Below are positions 1-13,455 of a stretch of 64,000 nucleotides of DNA, piece by piece. The notes beneath the pieces were generated by a model that was not told the DNA's origin, did not search any database, and saw only the letters and a program-made list of their open reading frames with translations. The stretch spans positions 87,730,001 through 87,794,000 of the forward strand of contig OZ024747.1 of assembly GCA_964016885.1 (NCBI GenBank), written 5' to 3'. Position numbers and translations under genes: made by a program. Position 1 is the first letter of the stretch, and every line of letters begins with the position of its first letter. This stretch comes from Eledone cirrhosa. Its lineage: Eukaryota.

Positions 1-125
1 GAAATCAAGCCAGATCAGTTCCTGTATGAGCAAGGCATGGTCAGCCGACCAGACACTGCCCACAACAGGACAACCCGTCTAACCCATGCTAGCGTTGAAG
101 AACGGACGTAAAACGGTGATGATGA
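1..125 (+). mobile_element. 3' end/UTR of an RTE LINE, truncated by the window edge
   Basis: Near-exact reverse complement of 47105-47230; ends in a (TGA)n tail. Confidence 0.8.
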
Positions 126-130
126 GTTAG

Positions 131-320
131 ACCGTGAATTGGCAGTATCGGTAGAGGGTTGGATGCCATGCTTTCTAGCATAGTTACGTCCCTTTACGGT
201 TTGAGTTCAAATCCCATCAAGGTTAACTTTGCCTTTTATCCTTACGGGGTCGATAAAATAAAGTACCAGTAATGCACTGGGTAATTGCTGGCCTTGTGCC
301 AAAAGTAGAAACAATTATTG
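131..320 (+). mobile_element. tRNA-derived SINE family A
   Basis: A-box-like TGGCAGTATCGG, B-box GAGTTCAAATCC, core GCCTTT(C/T)ATCCTTACGGGGTCGATAAAATAAAGTACCAG, ATT tail; about 20 copies or fragments in the window. Confidence 0.85.
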
Positions 321-487
321 AATATGCCCTTCCTTTGTAAAATAGACTGTGATTTGTAAACTATATATAGCAGGCCAATAAACTCCTCATGTATGAGATG
401 AGAGAGAGGACAGGCTATAAGCAGACAAATCTGCAAAATTGTTCTCCCATCAAAGCATTATCTACTGTCAATGGCAATAATAATGTG

Positions 488-705
488 AATGTGGATTGGC
501 AGTATTGGTAGAGGGTCGGACGCCATGCTTTGCAGCATAGAGTTACGGCCCTTTATGATCCGAGTTCAAATCCCGCCGAGGTTAACTTTGCCTTTCATCC
601 TTATAGGGTCGATAAAATAAAGTACGTCGCGCACTGCGGTCGATTTAATTAACTTTCCTCCTCCTCCCAAATTGCTGGTCTTGTGACTGTATAAGAAACC
701 ATTAT
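488..705 (+). mobile_element. SINE family A, long variant
   Basis: Same head and core; keeps the extra GGTCGATTTAAT..CTTTCC segment. Confidence 0.8.
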
Positions 706-1128
706 TTTTTTTAAACAATGAATCTACATTCTCTAATGTGTCCTCCCTTTTTTATGACATTGGGTTGTGATTCGAGGGAGATTTGGTTGCTATTTAAAGC
801 AGGTAAAGCAATGTCCTAGACATTCTCCTTGTTTAATTGTTGTGTGAAAGATAAAGAGAGACATGTTACAAATGCAGAAATTCTAGTATATTGGAAGTTA
901 AGGTGTTCATCATATTAGTACAATAGTAATAGCATAATGGTATGGTTCCATAACTCCCCAAGGAGTCATTGGGGTGCCGTATTGACACACTTGTATGTGT
1001 TTCTTAGGCATTTAAAGCCTAGCAGAGCCCATCCCTCTCCAGGTCTAATAATATAAGCCATTATAACCAAAAACAACTAATCACTATTTTTTCCCCTCTA
1101 TTTACAACCATCTTTCTAAGCTTTTTTC

Positions 1129-1253
1129 TTAGTCAGATAAGTAAGGGCAGTGCTCATGACCTTTTTTCAATAGGCTTTGTTGAGCAATTGATTTTACAGA
1201 TTGATGTTCATCATATAACCATTCAAGTATAAAGTTGGGATGGAAAATATTTC
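1129..1253 (-). CDS. Candidate terminal exon (G)NIFHPNFILEWLYDEHQSVKSIAQQSLLKKGHEHCPYLSD*
   Basis: ttaacag acceptor, 40 open codons of non-repetitive sequence, then TAA; weak polypyrimidine tract. Confidence 0.35.
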
Positions 1254-1851
1254 CTGTTAATACCAGCTTAATAATGAGAAAGTTTGTTGTATTACTAAAC
1301 GAATTCAAAATTTTGATAGTTTTAAAAATAAGTTTCAAGTCATAATTAAACAAACTGAACATCCATCCATCCATCCACCTGCCCACTCACTCACCCAGTG
1401 TCAGCACCAAGAGCAAAGACTAAAATTGTAAATAACTACAGAGTTCAACTACACCTTAACACCTGGCGTCACAGTTATAGGAAAATGGGATAAAAATGGC
1501 TTTGTGATTATGAGATAGAGTATTATGAATATATAAGAAAGAGGCTGAACCAAAAAGAGAGAAATAAAGAAAGAGACAGTCAAACAGACAGAAAGTAGAA
1601 ATTTTATTAAATCCACACAACAAAAGACTGCACCTGGTTACTACTGATGACAGGGTCAAGTCACAGCTAAATGCTGAATCAGGTCACTACTAAAAGATTA
1701 AAAGATTATGGAAAAATAAGGGCAGATTGGGATCTAAGTTTTTTTGTTTTCTTTTTTCTTCAAATTAATTAAACACAAATGCAAAATCAGTAAAGCTTCT
1801 TATTCGTTCATTTTTTTTGTTTTTTTTTGCTAATTGTTTAAAAATTAGTTT

Positions 1852-2640
1852 GGTCTGCCAAGGGTGCATACTGTCACCTCCTGTTCATTATTTTCATGAA
1901 CAGGATTGACATGCTTAGCCCAGTTGGAAGTGGTATCAGAACTGGAAGGTATAGAATCAGTCGGGTGGAATTTGCAGACAACATGGTATTACTTAGCTCA
2001 ACAGAAGGAGATATCCGACTTGTACTTGATAGGTTTAATGCCAAGTGCTGCAAGGCTGGAATGAAAATCAGTGCTGAAAAAGCCAAGACAATTGTCCTCA
2101 CAAAGAAGTCTGCTCAGTGCATTCTACATGTGAATGAAGTTCCACTGAAGTAGATGGAGAAGCTCAAATATCTTGGGGCTGTGTTCACAAGTGATGGAAG
2201 GCAGGAGACTGAATTAAGTGCAAGAATTGCAGGAGCTGGTGCAGTAATGTGCCAGCTTCAGCAGTCAGTAATCCGAAGGGAGGTAGGTGTAAAAGCCAAA
2301 CTCACTATCTTCAATTCAATTTTTGTGCTAACCCTTACCTATTGTTAGGAGTCTTGGGTAATGACCAAAAGAATACGATCATGAATACAAGCAGCTGAAA
2401 TGGGGTTCCTCCAAGGAGTCTTGGAATAATGTTACTAGATAGTGCATAGCTCTGAGATCAGAGAGTTGCTCCAGGTAGAGCCGCTACAGCTCTGATACTA
2501 TGGGCATATGGTTAGAATATTTCAGGAAAGAAATGCTAGATAGATTTTATGGGCAAAACCAACTGGCAGGAAACCCAGGGGTAGACCTCGAGCAAGATGC
2601 TTGGATAACAGCCATGAGCTCGGCTTATCTTGCCTTAAAT
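1852..2640 (+). mobile_element. Degenerate RTE-clade LINE: RT C-terminal half and 3' region
   Basis: Motifs FADNMVLL (YADD-like), KYLGAVFTSDG, LTYC*ESW, KPRGRPR; stops and frameshifts. Confidence 0.8.
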
Positions 2641-3539
2641 AGGTTAAGTCAATATCAATCCCAGTTCTTATTTTATTAATCACCTTAAGCATAAACACTA
2701 ACATGAAAACACACATACACACAAACGTAAAGACACACACATGTATATTTACAAAGATTTCTGCAGTTTCTGTACAAGACATTGATCAACTGGGGCCTAT
2801 AATAGAAGACACTTGCCCAAGGTACTACAATGTAAGAGTGAATCTGAAACTATATTGTTGCAAGAAGACTTCTTAACCACACAGTTATGTCTGTATTAAA
2901 TACAGTACTTTACTACCAAACATTTCTTTAAAATAGTGAGCTATGTAAACTTTCCGTGGGATGAAACACAAATTGGAAACAGCAAGAGATTTCTGGTGAA
3001 TGCACATTGTGGAAACAGAAGAGAATTCCAAATAGACATTGAGTGAGTGAAAGAATAAACAGAGTCAGACACACCATGAAGAAAAGGTTATCTATGTTGT
3101 TTCACAAGCTTAAATAAACTGAAAGAAAAGATAAATTTAAATATTGATTAAATATTCCAAAGAAAATAACCACACATACATGCAGAGATGTGTGCATACA
3201 CACACACCACACACACATAAATATATATATAAGAGAGAGAGAGAGAGAGAGAGAGAGATCAGGAGACAGTGAAATTGGAGTTTGATTTAAAATTAGAAAT
3301 TGTACTAGGAGGTATTACCTGAAGAAAGTTAAAATTACTATATTGGAATTGTACCAAAGTAAATCTGCAAAGGCATTCTTGGCCAAGAATACATGATAGT
3401 CTTATCAGAAAAACTAGAAATTGTTATGAAATACTTGATATATGTTTTAGATATTAAGCATTACATAGAAATATATTTATTGAATCAGTAATAAACAATA
3501 TTTCTGTTAAACCAAATGAGTTATTAAGGAGGAGGAGGA

Positions 3540-3785
3540 TATTCCACAGCTGACAAGGAAATGGAGAACCTATCCAAATATAAAGATCTGGAGATAGAAA
3601 TAACCTGAATGGGGATGATGAAAACAGAAACAATGGAATGATAAAAAAAAAATAGAATGATAAAAAAAAAAAATAGACATATAACCCAAACCTTAATATT
3701 TATAAATATGCACAGTATACAAAAAATTGTACCATGAGGCACTGTAGACATATTGCAAAGTGTATTCTTAATACAATGGAAACAG
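3540..3785 (+). mobile_element. Degenerate C-terminal fragment of a restriction-like-endonuclease LINE (R4/NeSL-like)
   Basis: Translates to KEMENLSKYKDLEIEI and IQKIVP*GTVDILQ, typical of the K..KY..L and Q....GT..IL RLE tail. Confidence 0.5.
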
Positions 3786-5817
3786 CACAAAAAACAACAC
3801 TGCACATACTACCCTAGGTAATGCAGTAACAGCACACAATAAAAATAAGCCTTATGATGATCACGGTGATGATAAATCCAGGGTAATCTGAATTATGTTT
3901 AATCCATTAAGCTAGATGTCAGTACCAGGAACAAAACAAGGCATGAAAAAATCAGAAAACAAGATTACAGAGTATGTAGTCATTGTTTGAGTTTTACACT
4001 GTAAGGAAAAAACATTCTCAATCATATTCCCCCTTTTCAACCTTCTGGTGGTCACTCTTATCCCCTCCTAATCCCATTATAGAAAGTAGAGAGGACGTCT
4101 TAACCTCATATGTTAAGGCAACATCTAGTGTTGGTGCAATGAGAAATGCACCCATTATATCCTGTAAAGTGGTTGGTCATTAAACAGAGACAATGTAGGA
4201 TAAGGAGGAATTACTAAAAGTAACAACTAAATTTCCCTCAAATAAAACCCTATTATCTTAAAAAAGGAAGAGTATTGCAATGCTAGATATACTAAGAAAG
4301 TCATAAGTGTAGTTTAGTACCTCTCTGATGAACATGCAGTCCTAAAATATTCACCCATGATTCTATGACAGAAAATCTTATTTCAAAGTATTTATATCTA
4401 AATCAAAACAATCCACTGATATTTCATGACAGAATCTTTTATGCTACAAACACAAATTTAATAACGAAAATGTTAGTTATTTTACCCATCCAAATTCCTG
4501 TTTATTTTCAAAATTAATCAAAACACATAGGCAGAGTAGTTCATTAGAAATATAGAAATATGGACACAAATGATACACTAGTATCAATCAATTCACATTA
4601 AAATTTATGAACGTAATTTCAAGCGTTTTTCATAACTCATTATTTAACAAACTAGCCTTTTAAACCTCAACTTTATTTTGTAAAGAACAGTCTTCTTTAA
4701 TAAATTTTTAACAGCTGCTTTCATTTCCAGTCTAAAGAAATTTCTGGCAAGATATTGGCAACTCTTGGCTGTTTATTTTATAAAATGACTCAAACTAGTT
4801 GTGCGTTAGATAAATTGGCAGTTGTTGAAAATTATTTTATATTAATTCTGTCGTCTTTTTTCTGAAAACTTTTAATTTTTTTCTTCTTCAAACCACATAA
4901 GTGAGAAATGGTTTCCATCCGGTTGCTTCACTTATTGCATGTTCTTCTTGCATAGCTAACATCTTGAGTGGTTAAAAATTTCAATGACGTCAGCTTTAAT
5001 TTCTGTTTGGTCTTGATATTTACGTTTTACTCTTTACAACTTGAAATTCACTCAAATGCTCCTTGTAATTAACAGAAATAAAAACTCAAAGAACTAAAAA
5101 AAGACTTCCAGCCATAAAAAAATCTTCACATCCTTTATATATGTAATGACTCAGTCACATAATGTTATCATACTCTGTATAATTATTTGGTATGATGACA
5201 CCTGTAACTAGATGGATTAGGTCTATTTTAACTAGAGGCCAGGTGAGTAAGGTAATTAGTTGACTACTGCTGAGGTTGGTCAAGGAACAGACACTCTCAT
5301 TCTGTGCCAATATAAGAAGTATTTTAGATCAATTTAACTTTGGCTGGTGAACAAACATAAAACCTTTCTAGACAGACTACCCATCAGAATAATTTTCAGA
5401 TGAAAATCATACCCTCTCACCTTATTCTACGCTCTATAAGGTATGTATTAGACAATGATTTAATAAAACGAAAGCAAGTCTGGGGTTGTCACTGTACTAA
5501 CCAAAGATAAGAAACACTTGACGCTGACTGTTCCTATTTAAGTTTTAATCAATTTAAATTTCAGAGTTCTCCCCCTTGCCTTTATTGAGTGGAATTATTA
5601 TCTATGTTAATGATTTCTTCTCATTACTGAGTAATTTCAATTGGTTAAATATTTTTTATGGCTCACTATATTAAATACTTTGGTCTGCTGTTAGACATGC
5701 TCCTCAACAGACCAGTTTTATTCAAAGTAATTTGTTTCAGAGACCAAAAACATAACCAGTTTTTAATATATATATATTTATATATATATAAGTAATGTTA
5801 TTATTTTTAGCATCACC

Positions 5818-5972
5818 TGGCAAAGGCCGCATAGAGTTACGGCCTTTGCCATTCTCAGTTCAAATCCCGCTGAGGTTAACTTTGCCTTTCATCCTTACGG
5901 GGTCGATAAAATAAAGTACCAGTAATGCACTTGGTATTTGCTGGCCTTTGTGCCAAACGTAGAAACAATTAT
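5818..5972 (+). mobile_element. 5'-truncated SINE family A with ~18-bp target-site duplication
   Basis: ATTATTTTTAGCATCACC on both flanks (~5800-5817 and ~5968-5985). Confidence 0.85.
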
Positions 5973-6104
5973 TTTTAGCATCACCATCATCGTCTTTATT
6001 ATTGTAAATGGTGTTGTTGTTATTGTTGTTGTCATGGTAGTTGTTGGCAATAACAGTGGTGCTATTGCCATTCTTGGCTCTTCTGTCCTCTTCACCAGAC
6101 TTAC

Positions 6105-6185
6105 TGGTGCCAGTATTTTGTGGCATGAACACAATGTTGCTCTGACCAACAGCAAAGGCAATGTGATGATAGCGTCAACTACAGA
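6105..6185 (-). CDS. Candidate internal exon (SV)VDAIITLPLLLVRATLCSCHKILAP
   Basis: Tandem acceptors tttgtag|TCTGTAG| (exon start 6185 or 6178) and consensus donor CCA|gtaagt. Confidence 0.35.
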
Positions 6186-6479
6186 CTACAAACGAAATAA
6201 CAGACTGAAAGCCTGGAGATGTGACAGTAAATCTGTCAACAATTAAGTATGGGAACTTTACTTGGAGCCTACAAACTCAACCAATCAGAAGGCGGATACA
6301 CCTACTATTAAAATTCACTAAGAAAAGAGATTCAGAAATTCATATGTCTGCTGGCATCACAACTGGTTGGTAATACATGACTAGCAACATATCCCCATGA
6401 TTGCATAACTATGCCTATGATTGTATGAGTATCTGATGAAGTCACATGCATAACCATTGCCTGCATCTGATGAAGTCAC

Positions 6480-7010
6480 ATTGCAGTTCACACACAGGCA
6501 TCATACAGTCTACCCTTCACTATGAGAGGAAAGCATTTTGTTGTTAGCTGCAGTAATAGATCTCTAAACTTCTTCCAGCCTGTTCTTATCCTAGCAATCA
6601 TACTTTCAGTACATCCACCCCCTACTGGAATTTGATCACCTGGGTAGTAAAAGCTGTCAAAAACTTCTATGGAAACCTCTGACAGCTGAAGGAATCTATT
6701 TCATGTGTGCTCTTTGTGCTCACTTTCCCAGTGCACCTGCTGCATGTAAAGTCTATTTTTTCCGTTAACCTGCCTGCAATCTGACTACATCTTTTGTGTG
6801 TCCATAGAGACCAAAGTGCATTGAGCGCACCTTATTGAATTTCTACCCAACCCTTTCTGACATATCAAACAAGGCCACTTTTTGTCTTTGCTAAATTTAC
6901 TTTTAGGCCTTTCAACTCTAAGTTCTTCTTCCATGCTTCAAACGTTGTATATCAGATATAGATGTGACTGAATGTGTTATATACAATTTCAATGTTTTAT
7001 GGAACTATGC
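6480..7010 (-). mobile_element. Old degenerate copy of the PHD-RTE LINE
   Basis: Reverse strand matches the [29 protein letters not shown] region of the young copies, with many stops. Confidence 0.7.
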
Positions 7011-7670
7011 TTGAATCTGGCCAGAGATATCACTGAGTAGCATATCTGAAATTAGTAAACATTCTAGCAAAGATTGGGGAGAGATGTATTTCATTAGCTT
7101 AAGGCAATAGAAACTGAGATAAGCTGGGTATTTATTTAAAATAAATTTCATAAAATTGGGGGAGAGATAGAGATAGTAGGTAGGAAGGGGAAACATCAGA
7201 ATGATTGCTATATGTTTTTAGTCATTTGCTAAAGTATTCCTTACATGACTGACTAACCAGCCAAGCAGAATATGAAACTCTGAATATTCAAGAGATCAAC
7301 TTGCTTCATTGCCAAATGCAAAACTTGAACTCAGACTTGTAAAATATCTTAGTCATGCTGTGGGTTGTTTTAATTCCCAGTATATCCAATATGATGACTT
7401 ATGATAGATGGATGGAGGATAGAGAGAAGCATACTTATAAAATAGAATTAACTGTACAGATGTAGATGCATAAATAACTGTTCCTACTTTAGGCACAAGG
7501 CTAGCAATTTGAAGGGGAGGGGAAAGTTGATTAAATCGACCCCAGTGCTTACTGGTACTTTATTTTATCAACCCTGTAAGGGCAAAAGGGAAAGCTAACC
7601 TCAGCTAGATTTGAAAAATAAGGGAGATATAGAATAATGTAATCCTGAATATACAAACACATGGGATGGC

Positions 7671-7781
7671 CATGGCTGAAATACCATTGATAATAGGACT
7701 GCTCCCTCATGACTGAAATACCATTGATAATAGGACTGCTCCCTCATGGCTGAAATACCATTGATAATAGGACTGCTCCCT
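7671..7781 (+). repeat. Tandem repeat, 37 bp x3
   Basis: CATG(G/A)CTGAAATACCATTGATAATAGGACTGCTCCCT starting at 7671, 7708 and 7745. Confidence 0.9.
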
Positions 7782-8236
7782 TGTGGCTGATATTGAGCTA
7801 AATAACAACAACTAACTAGTAAATGTTACACTACTCTGGTTCCAAAGTTGATAATACCAAACAGAAAAGAAATCAAAGATAAAAGTGTACATATTCTGTA
7901 ATGGAAAGAGATGGAGTACAAAAAGTAAAAGGGAAGATATGAAAAAATAGATGTGAAATAAAAATATAAAATATATATCGGATAAGACGTTTTGCTTCTT
8001 TGAAATTTAGATTTTGTGATTATCTTTTAAGTAATAGATAAACAGAAAAACATGATGGACAAAGAGTGAGATTTGGTAGAAAGAAAGTGTGTCTCAGTGT
8101 GTGTGTGGATATGTGCATGCCTGTACACTTGCTTCAGGGAAAAGTTAGATGATTTTCTAATATACTTATAGAGATCTTTATTTATCCTGTCAGCATTTTA
8201 GTTTATCTCTACAATGCATATATGACTGCCCTGCCA

Positions 8237-8270
<34 letters not shown>

Positions 8271-9180
8271 CAGTTCCCGTCCCACCCTTGCAAGCAGGGA
8301 AAAAGTGGACGTAAAATGAAATGAAAAAATGAAATGATATATATATATATATATCAGTTAAAAGTAGTTAAGACAGGTTTACTTCACCACTATTGCTTCA
8401 TTACATGATCTATATTTCTATTACTGCAAATACATGTCTAAAACTAGAAATTTACCCAAGCGCATGCCTACCTTACTATAGCCTACCCTATAGCTGGAAT
8501 GCTTAGTGCTTATAGTAAGACATCATATAATAGTGAGCACTACACATCTGTTGATGGATGCTACATCACCATTACTAAATTGTGATTGGAGAATTGTGAT
8601 GCAATACATAGTAATGAGAAGTAAAAGCTAAACCTTAATGCTTCATTGGCCATTGTAAAATCTAAAAGATGACTTTGTTATGAATTAACATAGCAATGAA
8701 ATTTAACAATGAAATAATCTACGGCGTGTCAATGTTTAATTTGCATCGCCTGTCAGACTTATATTAAATTATCAACACACACACATAATACTGTTCGTAT
8801 ATGGATGATCAAGTAATTTACATGTCTTACTTGTCAAACTAGAGTAAAAATAGAAATCTCATTAATTTCATAATTATATTGTTATTGATGTGTTTCCTCA
8901 GGTCAACTCAGATCTCGATACCAGTTAGGCACTTTAAACCAATAAGCTAAGAGACCACAACAACTCTTTACCATCTTAAATAAATAGCTAAATCATGGTT
9001 TTCAGATGTCAGCAGACAGAAATCTGTATATAAACTCCTTTTTCCATTTTTGAAGTGTTTACACCCTATTTTATAAGCTATTTTATAGCACCTTCGTGCA
9101 TGAGCACATCAATCTTTATATCAATTTCATATTCTCAGCACTTAGAATTCATGAGATCGGCTACATATCTTGCTTGTTTA

Positions 9181-9371
9181 AATAATTGTTTCTACATTTG
9201 GCACAAGGCCAGTAAAATACCCAGTACATTACTGGTACTTTATTTTATCGACCCCGTAAGGATGAAAGGCAAAGTGAACTTCGGCGGGATTTGAACTCAG
9301 AGCGTAAAGGGACGTAACTATGCTGGAAAGCATGGCGTCCGACTCTCTACCGATATTGCCAATCCACCGCC
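9181..9371 (-). mobile_element. Full-length SINE family A with 18-bp TSD
   Basis: CTTGCTTGTTTAAATAAT at 9169-9186 and 9372-9389. Confidence 0.9.
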
Positions 9372-10389
9372 CTTGCTTGTTTAAATAATGTTATATTTAT
9401 GTAAAGAAGAATGATATTTATAGAAAAAGAATAAAGGAGAAATGATCATAGTTTGGTGTCAAAATGAATAAAAACATTGATATGAGGGGAATAAAATAAA
9501 TAACTTCAATGTGAAGTAAAAACCAGGCTGGAAGGCTCAATTCTTTGAAAAAAATCCCCTGAATCCTACAGTATCCACCATAATAACAAATATCTATCAC
9601 ATTAACTACAAATTTGTAAAAGATGAGCAAAGTTGATTAAATCAATCCCAGTAAATGCTTCATATTTATTTCCCCATCACCACTATCACCACCAGACCCT
9701 CTGGATAAGGTAAGGGATTTCACTCAAAATCGAGTATTATGAAATAAAATAATTGCAAGACATCTTGTCTCTAAATACAATATATTTTATTTCAACCATT
9801 CTTTTGCTACTTACCTACATTAAAGACGATCAATTATAACAATAATAATGATGCAATGCTCAGCTGGATATAATAACTTAATAGTTATTGTAATAACTGC
9901 AGCATAATCAATACCACAGAATACATACATTAGGGAAGCAACTAGAAAAGTAACTTCTCTTCAGCTTTGTACAGACTAACAACACTCACTCACACACCTC
10001 TATACTTACACTCACAGCTCTGTATGGACCAACAACAAACACACGCACACACTCTTTTAAACTTATATAAACACACGCACATATCCTTACAGCTTTGTAC
10101 AGAAAAACAACAAAACCACACATACGTACACACTTACACGCATACATATCCTATATCCACTCTATATACGAAAAGTTTTGTTTTTTTTTCCTTTTTAGCA
10201 TGATACAGACACTTTAATTACAGCCTTTCAAAAGATGGCCAAATGCACTTCTTATACCAATGCTGAATTCAACAGTTTTCCAAGAGATGGCAACCTGAAC
10301 AGACCTGCTTTTTCTTCAAGAAAATTTGTTTCCTTTCTGCCACCGCTTTCTCCCCTCTATCTTTCTATTTCTTCTTTAATTTATCATTC

Positions 10390-10430
10390 TACTTTCTGAT
10401 GAAGGACTAGCATCCGAAATGTTAAGACTC
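10390..10430 (+). ncRNA. Degenerate minimal type I hammerhead (Penelope-type)
   Basis: CTGATGA (10396) a GGA-ctagca-TCC GAAA (10416) TGTTA; stem I is poor. Confidence 0.45.
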
Positions 10431-11064
10431 TTTTCCTACTATATCAAGTGTAAAACTAATATATTTCTTCATTGTACTGTATCATTTGATTTATTTCTGT
10501 TTACTTCTGGCATATATATATATACACATATATATTGATTGATTGATTGGCAGTTATGAATAACTAAATAATATAGTAAAACTGTTTACCTGTATACAAT
10601 AAGCCCACTCACATAATAATTGATACAATTTGGCACTTATAAATAATAGAAAACTACTATTTTACACTACATACTGTATGTATGTCCATTAACACACTCC
10701 CATAAATGTTTTCTTCCAACAAATGAAAGAAGAGCTCCACCCATGATGATAATGATAATAATAATAATAATGGTTCTACTTTTGGCACAAGACCAGCAAT
10801 TACCCATGAGGGTGAAAGGCAAAGCTAACCTCGGTGGGATTTGGACTCAGAACGTAAAGGGCTGTGCTGCAAAGCATGGTGTGAGACGCTCTACCGATAC
10901 TGCCAATAATAATAATAAGAAAGATGTTGAATATATATTGGGGCTTACAAAATAACACAACTCACACAGCACATATTCTTCACATCAAACAAAAGAGACA
11001 TTAAAGTAACATCAGAAACAACTGATTCATAAACATTTATTCTTAAAAGAGAAAATGAATACAT

Positions 11065-11236
11065 TAACCCGTTTGATACCAAATAAACTGTCTGTTTTAA
11101 AGTGTTTATTTTCACCTGTAAAACCTTCCATCAACATTTTATTTAATACAAGGTAAATAATAAGGGTATATTATTAAGTCCTTCAAGATTCTCAATGATT
11201 TTCAAAATTAATTAAAAATCATATGCAAAAGGTTAA
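11065..11236. mobile_element. TTAA-flanked MITE family B, old; relatives near 21714-21960, 27885-28087 and 58540-58772
   Basis: TTAACCC...GGTTAA ends; shared AAAACCTTCCATCA and TTTTCAAAATTA blocks between copies. Confidence 0.55.
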
Positions 11237-11249
11237 ATAGTGAATCTGG

Positions 11250-11392
11250 TTAGTTCAAATATGTAAAGCATATACTACAATGAAAACCAATACATAGCTT
11301 TCTCCTCCTCCTGAGATTCATCACAATGTCTGTTTCTTGAAGCAATGCCTGAATCTCTCTTTCAGGTCTGCACTTCTGGAACATCTTGTTCT
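11250..11392 (-). CDS. Candidate terminal exon (E)NKMFQKCRPEREIQALLQETDIVMNLRRRRKLCIGFHCSICFTYLN*
   Basis: 46 open, protein-like codons; acceptor taag| is weak. Confidence 0.25.
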
Positions 11393-12102
11393 CTTAGGCA
11401 ACTGAATGAGTTGTTGATTTAACATACATAGAGAAATATTATTGTGAAAAATAATCAACTGTCATTTCCTAGCCAGTGATTCTACATAATTAATAAAATA
11501 TACAGTAGTCTGTAGACTAAAGGAATCATTTTCAAATTCAATTTCCTATTTCTATTGATTATTTTCGTTTTGTACTATTGATATTATGCAAATAAGGTTT
11601 TTAATTGGAAATTGGAATTGCATCAACTGTATGCTTTTCAGAAAATATGAATTTGCTTCTTTCCCATCCTCTCTAATTATGACACTTCAAATAAGCTAAC
11701 AATAAAACTATCAACCTCATCCTCTTCCCACAACATTATCATTATTACCATTGTTATTGATATTATTATGATGATCATCATTATCAGTCATATTTTTATT
11801 GCATGCTATCATTATGTTACTGAATACCTCTGTTTACCTTGGGTTATGTTTTCATGTTGTTTCTATTCTATTAAAAGTACTCTACATAATATTGTGAAGA
11901 TGTTCTCAGTAAAGCAGGTTCGATTTCAATCACTTGATATCTTGTTCTTGAGAAGAAAAAAATGAATATACTAAACTTCCATATTCTTTTCATTATAAAA
12001 TGTCATGTATATGTAAGAAATTATTTTAGATTCATAAGCAGTAGCTTCCATTAAACATGTGTTAAGGACATGATTAACATTGATCTAGAAACCAAAAGCT
12101 TC

Positions 12103-12167
12103 CTAAACAAAGTGAACTGGCTCCCCATTGTTGAGGTCAGTGACTGAACACAAAAGAGCTGCCATTG
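12103..12167 (-). CDS. Candidate terminal exon (A)MAALLCSVTDLNNGEPVHFV*; alternative frame runs to 12051 and ends ...SLTHV*
   Basis: ctaatttacag| acceptor; pairs with the donor at 12374 to give a 207-nt GT-AG intron. Confidence 0.5.
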
Positions 12168-12374
12168 CTGTAAATTAGATGTACACTTTTGAACTTGATA
12201 AAAAATAGCAACCAATTCAAGACAAATATAAATAACATAGATGTGTAAAGCATTGTCTACCTATCAACTCTTTCCATTCTTTACTCCTCCTACCACTATC
12301 ACAGACATTCTTTCTTTTTTCCTTCCACCACAATAACAAGCATTCTTTCTTTTTCCTCTCCTTTCCTTCCTCAC

Positions 12375-12428
12375 CTGCCAATGATTTTCTTTTTTGTTCT
12401 CTTTTTCTTGACATAGTTTGCAGGTTCC
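12375..12428 (-). CDS. Candidate 54-nt exon (G)NLQTMSRKREQKRKSLA; other acceptors give starts at 12433 and 12530
   Basis: Strong donor GCAG|gtgagg; splices in frame to 12167. Confidence 0.5.
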
Positions 12429-13036
12429 CTTAACTAACAAGATCAAATATTTCTTCAAATAAACAATAGAGGAAAGCTGAGGTTTATAAACATAGCCAGA
12501 AGGGTCAACAGGATACAATCATTTCCTTGTCTAATGAATCACACAGAAAACACAAATGAACAAACAACCAAACAACCAAACAAAAATAACAAACCCCTCA
12601 ATAAACCCAGAAAATTACACACCATTGTTGAATATCAAATATTGTTACAGATGAATAAGCTTTAGGAAATGAGTGGGTGGGTGGGATAATTGGAAAGATT
12701 GGGTGAAAGGCAACTAAATATAATGGCAGGATAGTGTACTGTATGATTCTCTAGGAATCTCAAAACCCATTTATAAACAATGCTTTGGATATTGGTTGTT
12801 ATTAATGCACAATAGTAAAAATATAGAATAAATAAGAACATTAACCACCACCTTCTATGCTTCTCATGTTTGAAGTAAAAATATTTGGCAGAACATTATC
12901 ATTATTTTTATATTATCATCAAGAAAGCTGTGGATATAGAAAATCAGTAAAACACCTCTCCTCCAAAACTACAAGTCTTGTACCCAAGTTAGAAATTATT
13001 AACACCAATATAATATACACAATAAAACATACATAC

Positions 13037-13103
<67 letters not shown>

Positions 13104-13455
13104 ATTCAGGATGGATTCAGTTTGAAACTGGTTAGACCATTACTCAACAGAGTACTTGATAATTGGGGTTGAGTATAGTTATATTATAAAGAGTCAGGAC
13201 CCACCGGTTAAGTTCTTGCTGTTGAAATGGCAAGAGCTCAGCCTTTGAGTCCTGGCTCTTTATCATATATATATGTATGTATATATATATATATATATAT
13301 AATCATTAAAGGATATTTCATTGAAATGGTAAAGAAACACAATTAAAATGAAGTACTCAAAACATCACATAGAAAAAAGTATATTAATATACTGAAAAGT
13401 GACTTTGCAATATTAGTTCTGATTCTTTCAGGTAAGAAATCTATGATTATTTCAT

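Noticed and set aside
1129-1253. Naming the host gene from the HEAT-like LEWLYDEHQSVKSIAQQSLLKKG
   Set aside because: Too short, and no further HEAT-like exons were found
4600-5080. Possible decayed DNA-transposase sequence
   Set aside because: No DDE/D motif or terminal inverted repeats could be verified by eye
6430-6482. Repeated ATCTGATGAAGTCACAT as hammerheads (also CTGATGA near 1644 and 4325)
   Set aside because: No stem II followed by GAAA
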